From assembly GCA_951406725.2 (NCBI GenBank), contig OX597833.1, forward strand, positions 41,540,001 through 41,604,000: a DNA stretch of 64,000 bases, in the 5' to 3' direction. This stretch comes from Octopus vulgaris (lineage: Eukaryota). Below, piece after piece: positions 50,592-64,000 of the stretch. The position numbers were made by a program, and so were the translations under genes. Under the pieces are notes generated by a model. That model did no database searches. It was not told the DNA's origin and was given only the letters and a program-made list of their open reading frames with translations. Within the stretch, counting starts at the first letter, position 1, and every line of letters starts with the position of its first letter.

Positions 50592-51968
50592 GTAAATATT
50601 ACATTTCAAGCCGTTTCCAAAACTATTCTTTGAACATGAACATGAAAATGTCTCTCGTCCATTAATTCACTCTAAATTATCGGCTTTTATTGTTATTGTT
50701 TTTTTTATTTCATGGTTTCGGCTGAAATTTTTCTAACAAGGATGTTAATAGTTATTATAACTGGTTGTCTCAACAAGAAATAAATATATTAATATAAATT
50801 TCCAAAGTTTTTTTCCCCCCTACAAAATCTTTAGATGGTCAGAAAATATTCAGTTTACTAAATAGAAATGAAATATGCCACTTGGTTTCAATACGAAATA
50901 TACATTTTCAGTTATCCTAATGCATGAAGAACCTCTTCCGAACTTTCTAAATTTCTTACTTTTAGGTTTTATTTGACGTAACATTACAGAACATTTACCA
51001 ATTTATCTTATGATTGATAAATTCCTAATCTAAATGTTTAACCCACGTTTAGTTTTTTTTTTTTTTTCACGGAAAACAATTTCGTTTTCTCTGCGTTACG
51101 TTTGTAATTTTTCATTAAAATAATTAAGTATAACTGGTAACAAATTTTGTTAATAGAGATCCTATTAGAAATAAATTATAATACCATAATTCGGAAATGA
51201 TTATCTTACAACTGAAACTCGAGAGACTTCGACAAAAGCTGCCGGAATATGGCCATTGTTAGTTTCCTAAACATTTTATTTTGTTTTTAGTTTATCCGTT
51301 GTTTCTCTGGTTCTTGCATATCACTTAGATTGTGATCTATATCTTGTTATTTATCAGATTTTTAAGTTTTGCTTCAGATATTTATTTTATATACTCTGTT
51401 TATATTTAGCATTGTGTTTGATTGATTAAGTCTAAATATTATGAAAACGTTAATCTTCTTCTTGTCAACTTGTATCACATCAATCTTCCATTCCATATAA
51501 ACATATTGGTAAATTTAGGATTTGATGAGTGATTTTTATTGTTTCCGTTACGTTCTTTTACCAAATAGAACCAACGGCAAAGCCTCTGTGGTTGCTATAA
51601 AAGCAGCCAAATCTACTTCAACATGCATCCAACCGTCTTAAGATAGAGAAAAAAAAACTCGCTGTTTCCGAGGAGAAATGAGAGGATGAAATGCCTTCTA
51701 TCAGAGTTGGTAAACGACGTTTACGAAATTATAAACATGCGATAATATTCTGCCTGTGTAGATTTTACATATGTCTTTCGAATTATATCAGTACATACCA
51801 ATAATTATATGAGAAGGTATCCTGGAACCGCAGAAAAACATCAGGATTGTTAACAGTTGTTTTGCTCCAGGTCAGCGTGACCGTGCAAGCTTCTGATCAA
51901 ATGCATTCTATCTGAGTATATAGAACTACTTTGAGATCTTTACCATTCAAATTTAAAACTAGGTAATG

Positions 51969-52169
51969 CAGTGCTTTTCAAACTTTTTGCTGGAGCGGAA
52001 TCCCAAGGAAACATTCCACTGGCTCGAGGAACCCCTGTGCAATAGTTTAATAGTCTTATGCACACATGTCTGTACAGGAGAATTAAAAATTGCTGCCGAT
52101 TTTAGCAGTTTTGTAACTTCTTGCAGAACCCCTGGACTGTACTGGCGGAACCCTGGTTGAAAACCACTG
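51969..52169. mobile_element. hAT-type MITE
   Basis: TIRs cagtgcttttcaa / ttgaaaaccactg; near-identical 8-bp flanks aggtaatg / aggtaaat. Confidence 0.8.
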
Positions 52170-52504
52170 AGGTAAATGTATGTAGATAGAAGGGAATTTG
52201 GCTATTTCTTAGTTTTTTTTTTTTTTTTTTTTTTGTTGTTACCTAAAGGCTCGCTCATCAACGTGTTAATTATCGTGATGAATGCCGTTATGTCTTAGAT
52301 TTTAGTCGAGTTCTGCTGATAGAAAAGGCATGGGTGTCACAACTTCCCGATTTTCTAATACACAAATTACTAGATTTTCCGACATCGATTATGTCCCTTT
52401 AAATATATTTTTTTTCCAGTTTAGCGGCAATCAATCGTTTTTAGTCTCAGAAATGCCATTTGCAACTAGTCATTTGTTAGTTCCGTGAAAAGTGTTTATT
52501 TACT

Positions 52505-52602
52505 TTTGACGTGTCGGAAGTGGAAGAAGCTAATGGGTGTGCACGAACGTGTTATTTTATGTATTTGTACTCACACAGATTTTACATACACAAACGAAAC
52601 AG
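52505..52602 (+). promoter_or_regulatory. Possible alternative promoter / non-coding first exon
   Basis: TGACGT and CGGAAGTG (ETS/GABP-like) motifs followed by a CAG|GTAAGA donor. Confidence 0.3.
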
Positions 52603-53079
52603 GTAAGAACGAACCCTTAGCTGCCTAAATATAGCTGAGAAGGCCAAAATAAACTTTGTGTGTAACTATAGAGCTATATAGCACCAAACGAGTATATATA
52701 TATATGTGTGTGTGTCTGTGGTAACTGTTCAGTTTAGTGATATTAAAAAGGTAAATAAAAATTAAGGGGGAGATAACTAGTAAAGCGACAGAAAAGCCAA
52801 CATAAATACTGGATATTTAATTTGGAATCGATCAGAATGGCACGTGGAAGACCAGCGGGACCGCAATTCATTGTTCCTGAAATTGAAATCCTCAACCGTG
52901 AATCAATCTTGGAATATCACCCAATTAGCCGAATCACGAGACAAAATTCTTCAGTGGTTGGCCCGGCGTCGACTAATTATGAATTTATACACATGCGAAA
53001 ATTACAATTCGCCAAGTTACTTTACTACAGTAATCTCCCCCTTAATTTTACTTTTTACTATCACTAAGCTGAACAATTA

Positions 53080-53115
<36 letters not shown>

Positions 53116-53494
53116 GCTGGCGCCTCTGAAATTGTTACTGACTTTTTGGGACAATCATATAGGCGTGCTTTGAATTTAGGACTTTCATTTTTGTCAATAA
53201 CCAACCAGCTCGTACCATTTGTTTTGGCGGTAATATATATACTCACACACACACACTCGCTCACAATGTGTGTGCATTATGGTATGTTTCAAACTGCTCA
53301 AGCCTGTGGCTTAACTCCTTAAAGCGAGATAGCTGATGTTATTCTGTAGGTATATAGAGTGATTGTACAATCCGTACTTTTTCTCCCTTGTACAGCTTTC
53401 ACTCAGAAAAGTTTGTCCATTCTGAAACCTATTTTGTCAACGTTGGAGTCTAACTCCAACAAGCGTTCGCGCGTTGTACTAAGAGATCTGCATA

Positions 53495-53585
53495 GACGGA
53501 GGTAAAGAATACGCACACCACCCGTTTTCGGCGTAACCAAACCCCTAACCCTAATCACATGTTGTGCGTATTTTTTACCTTCGCC
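53495..53585. mobile_element. Small inverted-repeat element with internal (CCCTAA)2
   Basis: ~22-bp arms gacggaggtaaagaatacgcaca / tgtgcgtattttttaccttcgcc. Confidence 0.6.
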
Positions 53586-53951
53586 AAATGGTGTTTGTCA
53601 CTTTGTCAATTCATCTACTGCCAGTTAATAACAGTTTAAGTATTATTCGATTTGCTACTTTAAACTATAATTTGTTGCATTTTTTCCACAGAATCTTTAT
53701 TTCTGTTCACTACTGAACTTAGTATTGAGATTAATGTGTCCCAAATACTGCGTGTTTATGCTTGTTATAAGTTCGGATCGGCGCTTTCTGAGAAAAATTG
53801 CCAAAGGTTTCACTTTTAAAAACGATAAACATGTAATGGTGAATGAACTGTTTCAAACTGATTTTTTTATTGCCGAGCAAAAAATCTTAAGAATCTCAAT
53901 CAAAATTCTTTATAGAGAAACTTTATAAAACATTAACTGTGATTTTAAAGG

Positions 53952-54441
53952 GTAAATATTTCGTAAAGAACCCGTTCGTACCTCGGTGTGAAATCATTTT
54001 TTTTTCCACGGGTCTTTTCGAGTGCATACAACATATCTGACCTGCAAACCCGCCGCAATCCACGTTTTTCCGGAAAAGAAGGGGGAGAGTTGGTGGGAAA
54101 CTGAGTTTTGTTTCGCGGGTTTTTGTTTTTCTTTTCCAGGTTATTTCAATACTTTCAATGAATGTCACATCGAAATCACGCGTAAACAGCACCTTCCGCC
54201 AGAAAAAGGAAAGATTTGGCTGCTATTTCTAGCACGCCCTGCTACCATTTAACAGCTATGTGCAATATAAGACCCGCCGATATTTCGCTGTGAAATAATT
54301 TTTTGACACTCCCTTTTCTTTTCTGGAAAAAAATTGGCTTGCGGCGGGTTTGCAGCTCAGACACATTTAATGCACTCGAAAAAACACGTGGAAAAAAATT
54401 TTCACACCAACGTACGAATGAGTCCATTACAAAATATTTAC
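53952..54441. mobile_element. Non-autonomous DNA transposon / foldback with ~140-bp inverted arms
   Basis: 53952-54090 is the imperfect reverse complement of 54305-54441. Confidence 0.75.
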
Positions 54442-55090
54442 TAAAATTATTTTTCCCCATGTAGAACCCACACGAATCAACTTTGTTTCTTCATAACTTT
54501 CAGAAAAATCTGTGCTTTGTAATGAAATATTCTACAAACACTTCGAGTTACTAAATTACGATAATATCGAAATTCAATGTGAAAAGAAAAATGGTGAGCA
54601 CATATACATACTGACACACATAATTTTTTTCGAAATTTCAAGTTTCAATTTGTATGTGTGCAAGCCCGCTAATTTTTCTCCTCTCCTCTCCCCAGCCACG
54701 AAAAAACGTTTTTTCACAGTAAATTCCAATATAATCGAATTCTATACCATCTGAAGCTTATTTATAGAAACTTTCATTTAAAAATATCAACTTTTCTAGT
54801 AGTGTGCTTTGGTGATCCATCTGAACATCGATCGCTGACACTTTCGGCCGATCTGTCCAGGTTAGGCGTCCCTACACTCACACACTATCCATGGTGTTGC
54901 TGTTCCCGCTGCCCCGCGCACGGTCGAACGCACCCATCCATATCTAAGAATTGGGTTTATTACAGGTACGACCTGGCTTCTCTGTCACGCTAGTGTAGAT
55001 CAAATTGGGAAGTTGGGGGAGACTTCAAATTATGACGCTCCACTACGGCACTGCACGTGGCAGTATGCCATTCACATCCAGTTTTTTTGT

Positions 55091-55324
55091 GGAGGCGCAA
55101 TGGCCTAGTGGTTAGGGCAGCGGACTTGCGGTCGGAGGATCGCAGTTTCGATTCCCAGACCGGGCGTTGTGTGTGTTTATTGAGCGAAAAACACCTAAAA
55201 GCTCCACGAGGCTCCGGCAGGAGGTGGTGATCCCTGCTGTACTCTTTCACCACTCTAAAGGCGGTGCTCCAGCATGGCCGCAGTCAAAATGACTGAAACA
55301 AGTACAAAAAAAAAAAAAAAAAAA
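55091..55324 (+). mobile_element. Chimeric SINE with poly(A) tail
   Basis: OR-like head joined at ~55256 to the 3' tail of the other SINE family, followed by an A-run. Confidence 0.75.
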
Positions 55325-58300
55325 GTTGTGAGGAAGCAGCCAGGGAGTATAAATTGTGTAGGTATGCCTTCTCACATTGTGTTCATATCGAAAGATCACC
55401 GAAAGTCCAAATAGCTGTTTAAGCGTATCATTTAGTTATTTTAGAGCATAAAAAACAGGTCTTTCCTTGAATTTAGTGCTGTTTCTACTTTGTCAACGCT
55501 AGGCTAATATCCTTTTGTTTGTCGCCAGCGAAGCCTATCGTAAATATGTGTTATAATTGTTCGACATTTAATTATTCAGTGTGAGTTCTTTGTCGGATCG
55601 TTTAGCATATAAAAGCGTTACCCTAAAAGTTTATTTGAAATAATTTTTCGCAATACTTAATTAATGCTTTTTACATTGTCATATACGTTACTTTTGTTCT
55701 TTTGCTCAAGTATTTGATACGAGAATCCAATTTTCGTTTCTTCAGAGTGCAGAACCCAGTTTTTCGGTTTTGTTTTCTGAAGAAATCTGTGCAATCAGTA
55801 TCATTTGAAACTAAAATACCTGCAGCTTTGAAATATATTTGGGTATTTGGCTTGAGATTGTCAGTTGTGTACCCTTACAGACTGCTAGTCTACTTTAAGG
55901 GAATTTCAATTAATATTAAGTCTGAAAAGAAAAGGAAAATGTAATAGGATGATTACAATACCTTTTCACTTGGTAAACTTTGTATGCATTACAGTCTCAA
56001 ATGTGACGTTTTTTTTTAAACTTAAAATCAGTAATGTATTTTTATCCTCTTCTGGGTGTTTTTTTCTTTGACTATTTGTCCTCGAGGAAGGGGCTGTTCC
56101 TTTTGGCCTTCACATGTACTTCAAGATTGGTGAGACTAATATGGTTAACATTCCTCTTGAGCAAGTTGATTATTGCTGAAAAATCATGTGCAAGGAGAAT
56201 ATTACAGATGGGTGATGCTCTAGGGAAGGAAAGCTGAGCATGGTAATTAAAAGCAGGACCTGAGGAGTGGTGGTGTTGGTCATAGTAATGATACAATGGG
56301 TGACAGGATGAGAGATTGCTGAGTAGGAAATGCCTCAGTGTAGCTGCAGTCAAATAACTGAAACAATTAAAAGAATAAAAAGAAAATACTAAATTTTAAA
56401 ATATTTCAAACAAGTATTAGGTTTTATTAATTTAAATAGCGCAAATTGCAGTTGCTTATAATTTTATCTTAGCTTTTCAGTTTTCGTATGTAATAGTTTC
56501 TGTTTGGGAGATGACATATTTTAAAATAATCTCTTAATATTAGATATTTTCTTTTATTACAAAACAACTGTGTAAAAAGAATTCCTGTTTAAGTGACATG
56601 AACGAATGTTAAAAAGTTTTAGCTTATTTAATATACCAAGCATTAAAAAGCTAACTAGAAATATGTGATAAAATAAATCATATTAGGTTGTTTTGTTTTT
56701 TTTTGTTGCAAGCATTGCTCTCAACTTCCTCTTGCTTGGCTCTAAAAGAAATTCACACAGTGACATGCTTGCAATTTGAAGCTGAGAGACACTTCCGATG
56801 GGTTGTTGAACACATTTTGTAGCAGCATATTTTTAGTTAATATTTTTTTTTTTTCATTGATAGAGTTTTGACTTTTCCATCAGGATTCTCAGCTTGTTCA
56901 GCTAGAAAATGGCTATCTCTGAATTGGCATTTCACTTGCATTTAAAATTTGGGTCTACAAATGGCACAAATACTGTTGCAAGCATTTTAAAACTTCGCTG
57001 ATTGTCATGCCACTACAATGCTAACCAGAGTGGTTTGGATACATGCATTTTTCCATCACAAGTAGATTTAGTAGTGGTAAAAATTTACCTTATGGCAAGG
57101 TGGCTAAAGAGCAGACAGCATTACAATTCTGATGCGACAAATCTAATCTTTTATTACTATTATGGCTGGGTTCCAACCTGGACCACAGCAACAAAGTTCA
57201 TCATCACTGCTTCGAGGTCCTGGATACATTCCAGTCTGCTATTGAGTTGTCAATGTGCAATGGGGTTTTCCTTTTCTTACATCACCATGGAGTCCACAAA
57301 GCTAATTCGGATGCTTCCAGCTCAGAGTGGTATACACAGTGACCAGATAGTCACAGCTGTCTTTGCCTGATATTCTTTCTAGCTTTTGGCAGATCTCCAT
57401 AAAAGCATCACTTGTCATGTTGCTGTCATACGACAAATGAATGTCTAATCTGATGCAATCTGCAGCAGTTTTCTCTAGCAGTCACCTGATGAAATCAATA
57501 TTAGGCTTAGGTTTTGTTGTTTGTGTCAGTGAAAGTACTTGTTGCTCTTTAGTGATGGAAACCTATTGTAGTTTGTGATTCTGAATTGTGCTCTACTCAG
57601 TTTGGTATGGTTGTGATTGCCACTCACAGGAATGAGCCTTGCAAGTGAAAATGGTTCTGTCTCCCTCACCATTCTCAACGGTAATATATTCTGTTTGCTG
57701 AGACTATGAAACATTTGCATGTACTATCAACATCATTATTTTAATTTTCACTCTTCCATGCTTGCATGGGTCAAATGGAATTCATTGTGGCAGATTTTCT
57801 ATAGCCAGATGCTCTCTGTTACCAACCCTCATCTGTTTCCAAGTTAGCTAATACTTTTCCTTGACTGGACATGATTTTATAGAAGACTGTAAACAGGTAG
57901 GTGCTGGCATGGCTGACCAGTAAAAAGCTTAGGGGCTTTGGGGGAGGGGGGCTTATGGTAGATATGTGAGGGTATTAAGGGTGATAGCAGAAAGATGACA
58001 GGTGGAGACAGTAGGCAGTGAGGAAGACTATGGGAACTGAAAGTGGGTTAAGGTGGAGGAAGAAAGGTAACTGAGAAGGGTAAGGAGTGTAGTAAGTGCC
58101 AATTCTGCTCTTAGGTGATAGAGGAAGTGATGAGTGTGCTTTTCAACTACGTGGTTCTGGGTTCATCTTGGGCCGACCAAAGTCTTGTGAGTGGATTTGG
58201 TAGACAGAAACTGAAAGCAGCCTATTGTGCGTGTGTGTATATATATGTTTATGTGAGTGTTTTTGTATCTGTCTTCTGCCACTGCTTGACAAGTGGTGTT

Positions 58301-60979
58301 GGTGTGTTTACATCCTCATTTCAGCAAAAGATACTGATAGAATAAGTACCAAACATTAAAAAAATATTAATTCCCAATTTTCCTTCAAATCACAATCTTA
58401 AAAAAAGGGAGGATATATTGACTGATGGGCACTTTACTGTTACCGGCAGCTAATTTTTTATTTTCCAGAGTGTTAGTAAATAAACTATGACACTTGCGAG
58501 ACAGGTGTAATAGTTGTTTGACAGACTTCTCATGGAGAGAAGTACCAGTAGAAATTTACCGTAAAAGACATAGGATTGGAGAGCAAAAATGTAAAAAAAA
58601 AAGAATTTAATGTTTTGGACAAAAAATTCTTTCACGGAAGGAAACAATCACCAAATTCTTTGCCATTTTCCTTGTCTGTGAGTTAGTGATAGCTGTTCTG
58701 AAAGCCCACTGTTTTGCTATTATACCTGTCTTACAAGGATAGCAGTATAACAGTCAAACCATTATTCATCTTGGTTGCTTTCAAAAATAGTATCTTTTTT
58801 TTCTTATTCTGGAGTGTTGCACCTTGCGTTATTTTGATAAATTTACTTTTTTATAGTGTCCTCAACTCTCAACACTTTTTTAAATGCTGTTCTTGTCTTG
58901 CATGCATCCCCTTGATTTTACAGTATTTTGTCTCTTCAGCATGCTTTGACTTTGGTTGTTGAAAATTATATATTCCTCCACTACTGTTCTTTCCTTTGGT
59001 TCCTCATACATTTGCTCCTCTTCCTACTGACCATAAATTTATTAGAACGTTTAAATACAAAGAAACAGGAAAGAAGAAAGAAGAAAAAGTGGTGGTTGGG
59101 TAAAGCAGCAGACAAGGGAGGGGCCACACCTTAGAACAAATGGTATGCCCTCATTAATTAATGTGATAGCATTGCTACAGAGAATGGCCACAGACACTGT
59201 GACAGCTACTCCACCTTGCAGGGCAAATTTCTCCAATAGGCTACCTATGCCTCTATTTTGTGGAAGAAATCAGTAGTAGGGGGACCTAGAACACCTGAAA
59301 TCTTGATAGTGACTGGCATCTAATATTGACCAGCCAGTATTTGTTGAATTTAATAAATTTTTATTCATTAATCAAGGCAAATCATTATGGCTCTATGAAT
59401 TCTTATTTAATATAATCTATTTTGACTATTTTGAAACACATTTTGTTTCAAAAATTTTCCAAAGTTTTCTTGGATTATTAGTCGCATCATCATACATCCA
59501 TTTTCCCATGTATGATAGAGGGAATTTGTTGAGGCAGATTTTTTTTATGACTGCATAGCTTTCCTTTCAACCCTCACCTTGTTTTCAAGCTGGCTAATAT
59601 ATAGCTTATGGTTGAGGGGAATATGTTTAAATTCAACTTCTTGCAGTAAGCTTAACTGAGGATGGGATAAGAATGTATAATTCAAAGCCCAAAACCAGTA
59701 TTAAGTTATCTGCCATTTCCTCTGCAACCTTCACATAGGTAGGAGTCTAAGTTTTAATTCTTATTCCTTGCCTGATTTTTCATCATGCTTGTTCATTAAG
59801 TGAGCTCTCTGTGACTTCCGAGGTCATTTGACTTCTATCTCTAGCAAAGCTGGTACTCATCCAGTACTATCATATTTTTAAAACTTGCCTGCATGGTTCA
59901 TGCTTTGAATAGTCACTAATATTACTAATTTTATTATTAATGATATACTTGTATATCTGTTTTTAAATGGTGTCGTGAGTTGATTGTTAATTCATCTAAA
60001 TCTTAAGTTTTACACATCTGTTTAGTATAACACAGTGTTACAACTTTTTACAATCCCATTGTATCTCCTGTCTATAACATGGTGGCTTTAATTTTCCCTC
60101 TATCTTGTACATGCTCTGTATGTGTATTTTTATTTATGGCTGTATAGTTAGAGGTGTGGTGCTCATTCCCCTTATCAGTGCCTCTGAGTGAGAGGCAAGT
60201 AGAAAGTTATCTCCAACCCAGTGACTTGGTCCAGGTGCTTGCAACAGAGTGCATTCTGCTAAAGACACACAAGAGCTAGATATGGTGGTATGAAACTGGA
60301 TGACATTAAGTCCATCTCCCATAAGCAGGAGTGGTCCTTCTAACTGCTTTCGTAGTTTCTACCGTTCAACTTTCACTTATGATCCTGGTCAAACTGGAGC
60401 TCTGGTAAACATGTCATTGCGGAGCAAGCTTATCTATACAACCATACCTATAAATATCATTATTGGTGCAAATTACTGTATATACCCTACATTATTGGTT
60501 TGTCTTGACCTAACTCTTCTGCTTATTGAAGTATGTTTAAAGACCAATGTTAGGGTTTTACTTGTGTCAGCGAATGAACTAACAAAGTAGGGTTGAACCA
60601 GGAAGCTGGTAAATGCGGATGCCAAATGCTGTATGTAAACATTGACATCTTGAAGCTAATGCTTTGAGTAATTCAAAGCAATTTGAATAAATAAGCAATT
60701 ACATTTGACAATAATTTCAATGTTTAAAGGGTGAACCCACCTAATCATGAGGTTGTGTTATGTTAGAGTTCAAAGTGTGTGTATATATAGTTACAAAAGT
60801 TTAGCCCATTGAGATGTACACTGGTCATATCAGGCTGAAATATTCTTGTTTTTTTTTTGTGTTCAAGCCAGTCAGATCCTGTCTCTCACACCTACCCTAC
60901 AATGTCATTCTAAAAATAATCACATCATCAAAATTTCAAAGCTCTGAGATGATGCATCATTAATTCAAAGCAATGACCA

Positions 60980-63175
60980 ATCTAGAAAAGAAGGACTTGG
61001 AAGCTTAAGAACCCTTCACAGGGTCAGAGATTTAGGGTTATCCTTACTGAGAAATTTGATGATAGGGAGGAGAAGCTACAATCCTGTGACATAGAAGGCA
61101 GTTGGGAATTCCTGCAAGACAGCTTGCTGTGTGTCACAGACCAAATTTGTGGCTGGTGCAAAGTCCCTTCCAGACCTAGGGTAACATGGTGGTGGAACAA
61201 TACTGTAGACAGGGCCATTAGAGCAAAAAAACAGGCTTGGAAGGCCTGGAAAAGTGGGGGTAGCAGGAGAATGTATCAGATAGCCAAAAGGGAAGCTAGG
61301 AGGCAGGTATATATAGCCAAGAGAGTAGCAGAAAAGAAGTTTGTTAATGTTCAGCGATGTGAGGACCAAAGAACTGAAATATTTCAGATTGCAAGACTGT
61401 GTGTGTGAGAAAACCATGATGTCACAGGATAGAAATGTGTCCACGTGGATGATGGTGCCCTTGCGTTTAATGATTCTGGAAGAAAGAGGCTTGGAGATGC
61501 CATTATGAAAGATTGCTGAATGTGGAGAATGAATGGGAGGAGGAGAGCCTGCCAAAGATTGATCCAATTGTGGGACCAGCTACCCAAATCAACAGTACCC
61601 TAGTAGATAAAGCAATTAAGGATATGAAGACAGGGAAAGCACCTGGCCCATCAGGAATCACCGCTGAGATGCTTAAAATGTTGGGCGGTGTGGGTTATGG
61701 TCTTATCACCCGCATCGTTAATCAGGTAGTTCATGAAGGGGCCGTACCCAATAACTGGTGTCGCAGCACCAAAGTCAACTGCTACAAGGGTAAAGGTGAT
61801 GCTTTAGATAGAAATAACTACAGGGGTGTCAAATTATTGGATCAAGTGATGAAAGTTACAGGGAAGGTCATAGCCCAACTAATTAGGGAGAGAGTTAGCC
61901 TAGATGAGATAAGTCTTAGTAAGTAGGAAGGCTGTCATATCACAAACCCATTTCAGGTAGATGGCCCTGCTTGATCTGTAGAATAGGCATGGGTAGAAAA
62001 TTCCATACGATATACCCGGTATAAGCTATGGACACACAAAAGGTGCAGCAATATCAAAGAAGGTTAACTGGGAAGATAGTTTTTGTGTGTGGCAGATGCA
62101 CAGGGGCAATAAACACTGAAGATGTACAGAAAATAGATTCCATCACATGCCAGGGGGAGAAACTAGAAAGTATTTAATAGCTTCTGCTACCTTGGCGACC
62201 AAGTGAGGCTCTGAGAGTGTCGCGGCTAGAATAAGAATAGCCTGGGCAAAGTTCAGGGAGGTCCTATCTCTGCTGGCAATTAAGGGCCTCTTGGTCAGGA
62301 TGAAAGGTAGACTGTATGATGGATGTGTGCGAAGTGCCATGCTACACGGCAGTGAAACATAGGCCACGACTGCTGAGGACATGCACATGCTTGGAAGAAA
62401 TGAAGCAAGTATGATCCTCTGGATGTGTAATGTCAGTGTGCATACATGACAGTGTGTAAGGGCCCTGAGAGAAAAGTTGAGTATAAGAAGCATCAAATGT
62501 GATGTGCAAGAGTGATGACTGCGCTGGTATGGTCATGTGTTACGTGTAGATGAGGACAGCTGTGTGAGGAAGTACCACTCCCTAAATGTGGAAGGAACCT
62601 GTGGAAGAGGTAGACCCAGGAAGACATGGGATGAGATGGTGAAGCATAACCTTCGAACATTAGGCCTCAGAGGCAATGACAGGAGACCAAGACCTTTGGA
62701 GATACGCTGTGATTGAGAAGACCCGGCAACTAAAGTTAGATTGCAGCCATGCATATCCGGCCCTGTTAAGAGTACCCCTGATTGTTGTGCGATATGATAT
62801 GCTTGAGAAGACCTGTTAAGTAAAACCAGTATTGTAGCTGTGGCCAGTGGCCCCTGACTGGCTCCTGTGCAAGTGGCACGTAAAAAGCACCATTCAAACG
62901 TGGCTGATGCCAGTACCCCCTGACTGGCCCCCATGCCATGGCACGCAAAAAGCACTATCTGAACATGATCGATGTCAAGCCCACCTGACTGGCCCCTGTG
63001 CTGATGGCACATAAAAAGCACCCACTACACTCTAGGATTGGTTGGCATTAGGAAGGGCATCCAGCTATAGAAACACTACCAGATCAGATTGGAGTTTGGT
63101 GCAGCTGCTGGCTCTCCAGACTTCAGTCAAACCGTCCAACCCATGCCAGCATGAAAATGGATGTTAAACGATGTG
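60980..63175 (+). mobile_element. Degenerate RTE LINE with internal deletion and 3' UTR
   Basis: TWWWN, KTGKAPGPSGITAEML, KGKGDALDRNNYRG.KLL, then a jump to the C-terminal region (YLGD, YGSET-like, GRGRPRKTW). Confidence 0.88.
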
Positions 63176-64000
63176 ACTGCTCTTTTAGAATGAGAGGGAA
63201 ATGGTGATTAAGAGTAATTATAATAAATGCCAGCTCACATGTTTTGTACAAGAAGTAATGTTGCTAGTTTTTGTTAGGTGCATCTGCTAATGCACAATGC
63301 ATACGTGAACCAGCTATATATTGCGAAATAACAAATATTGCTATAAGAACATCTTTCTCTTTCCGTTTTGATAGCAACCACTCTTCGTCCCATGAACCCT
63401 TCAGTATTCTTATTATTCTGTCAAATGTAATGTTTGTTTATATTGTTTTGAATTAATCATGCATTATCTTGTTTAAAGATTTCTATGATGTGATTGTTTA
63501 GTTTTAGAATGACATCAAATGGTTGAGGTGAGAGGCCAGATCTAGCCAGATACAACACAAAACAGGTTAAATATTTTGGCCAGCTTGAATGCTAAAGGGT
63601 TAAATCAATCTGTCTGAAATTTAGATTGCATGATTGTTAATGCAGGATTTCAGCTGGAAACAGTTCCATCATAGTTTTATGTAAGAACCTTTATATCCCA
63701 AACACTGTATTATAATATTTTAGTATATCACTTCAAATTCTTGATTATTTTGAAAATTGAGACACATAAGCTATCTGTTCTGAGAAATAGTCACAGAAAT
63801 GTTGTTTCTTTTACATCAAGTCTGAATAAGTTTACATTGGTTTTTTCTTTCTGTAATTATCTAAGCAGTTTTACTGGATTATTTATTTCACTGTTTTCTT
63901 TATTAAGAATATAGTATCTTCTTTCATTTATCGTAGACTTAAATTTCTAAAATTTTATAATTTAAAAATAAAATTACATTAAAATACTAAACATAATTTT

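Noticed and set aside
53543-53554. Telomerase RNA template (CCCTAACCCTAA)
   Set aside because: Enclosed in a short inverted repeat; no pseudoknot or H/ACA domain seen downstream
55445-55516. 62-nt open exon candidate followed by ATATCCTTTT (AT-AC donor consensus)
   Set aside because: Peptide unrecognisable and no matching branch site or AC acceptor found; insufficient support
57002-57720. ORFs 57002-57370 and 57526-57720, and a minus-strand exon-like segment
   Set aside because: No recognisable protein, the minus-strand exon-like segment has stops in all three frames; probably old LINE debris

Overview
Eukaryotic, AT-rich, repeat-dense genomic DNA. The SINE/LINE families present point to an octopus (inferred from repeat recognition, not a search). 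The main content is a complete minus-strand USP10 (ubiquitin-specific protease 10) gene. I reconstructed 15 coding exons by hand from ~37745 to the stop at 5297, giving ~936 aa with all intron phases consistent. The protein has an N-terminal FGDF G3BP-binding motif, KSWAGLF, and Cys and His boxes. One intron (21181-22639) is a clear U12-type minor-spliceosome intron. Introns and intergenic DNA carry tRNA-derived SINEs, CR1/RTE LINE fragments, Penelope elements (one with a decayed hammerhead), mariner/Tc1 relics, hAT- and piggyBac-like MITEs, foldbacks and a 25-bp hairpin-forming minisatellite. The least explained segment is ~450 nt (38530-38980) just upstream of USP10. It has no convincing ORF, I do not recognise it as a repeat, it folds into a series of hairpins favoured on the minus strand, and it carries a 14-nt U2-snRNA-complementary element, making it a candidate undescribed structured ncRNA. 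A CpG-rich promoter with probable first exon(s) of an unidentified plus-strand gene lies at ~50.4-52.6 kb.
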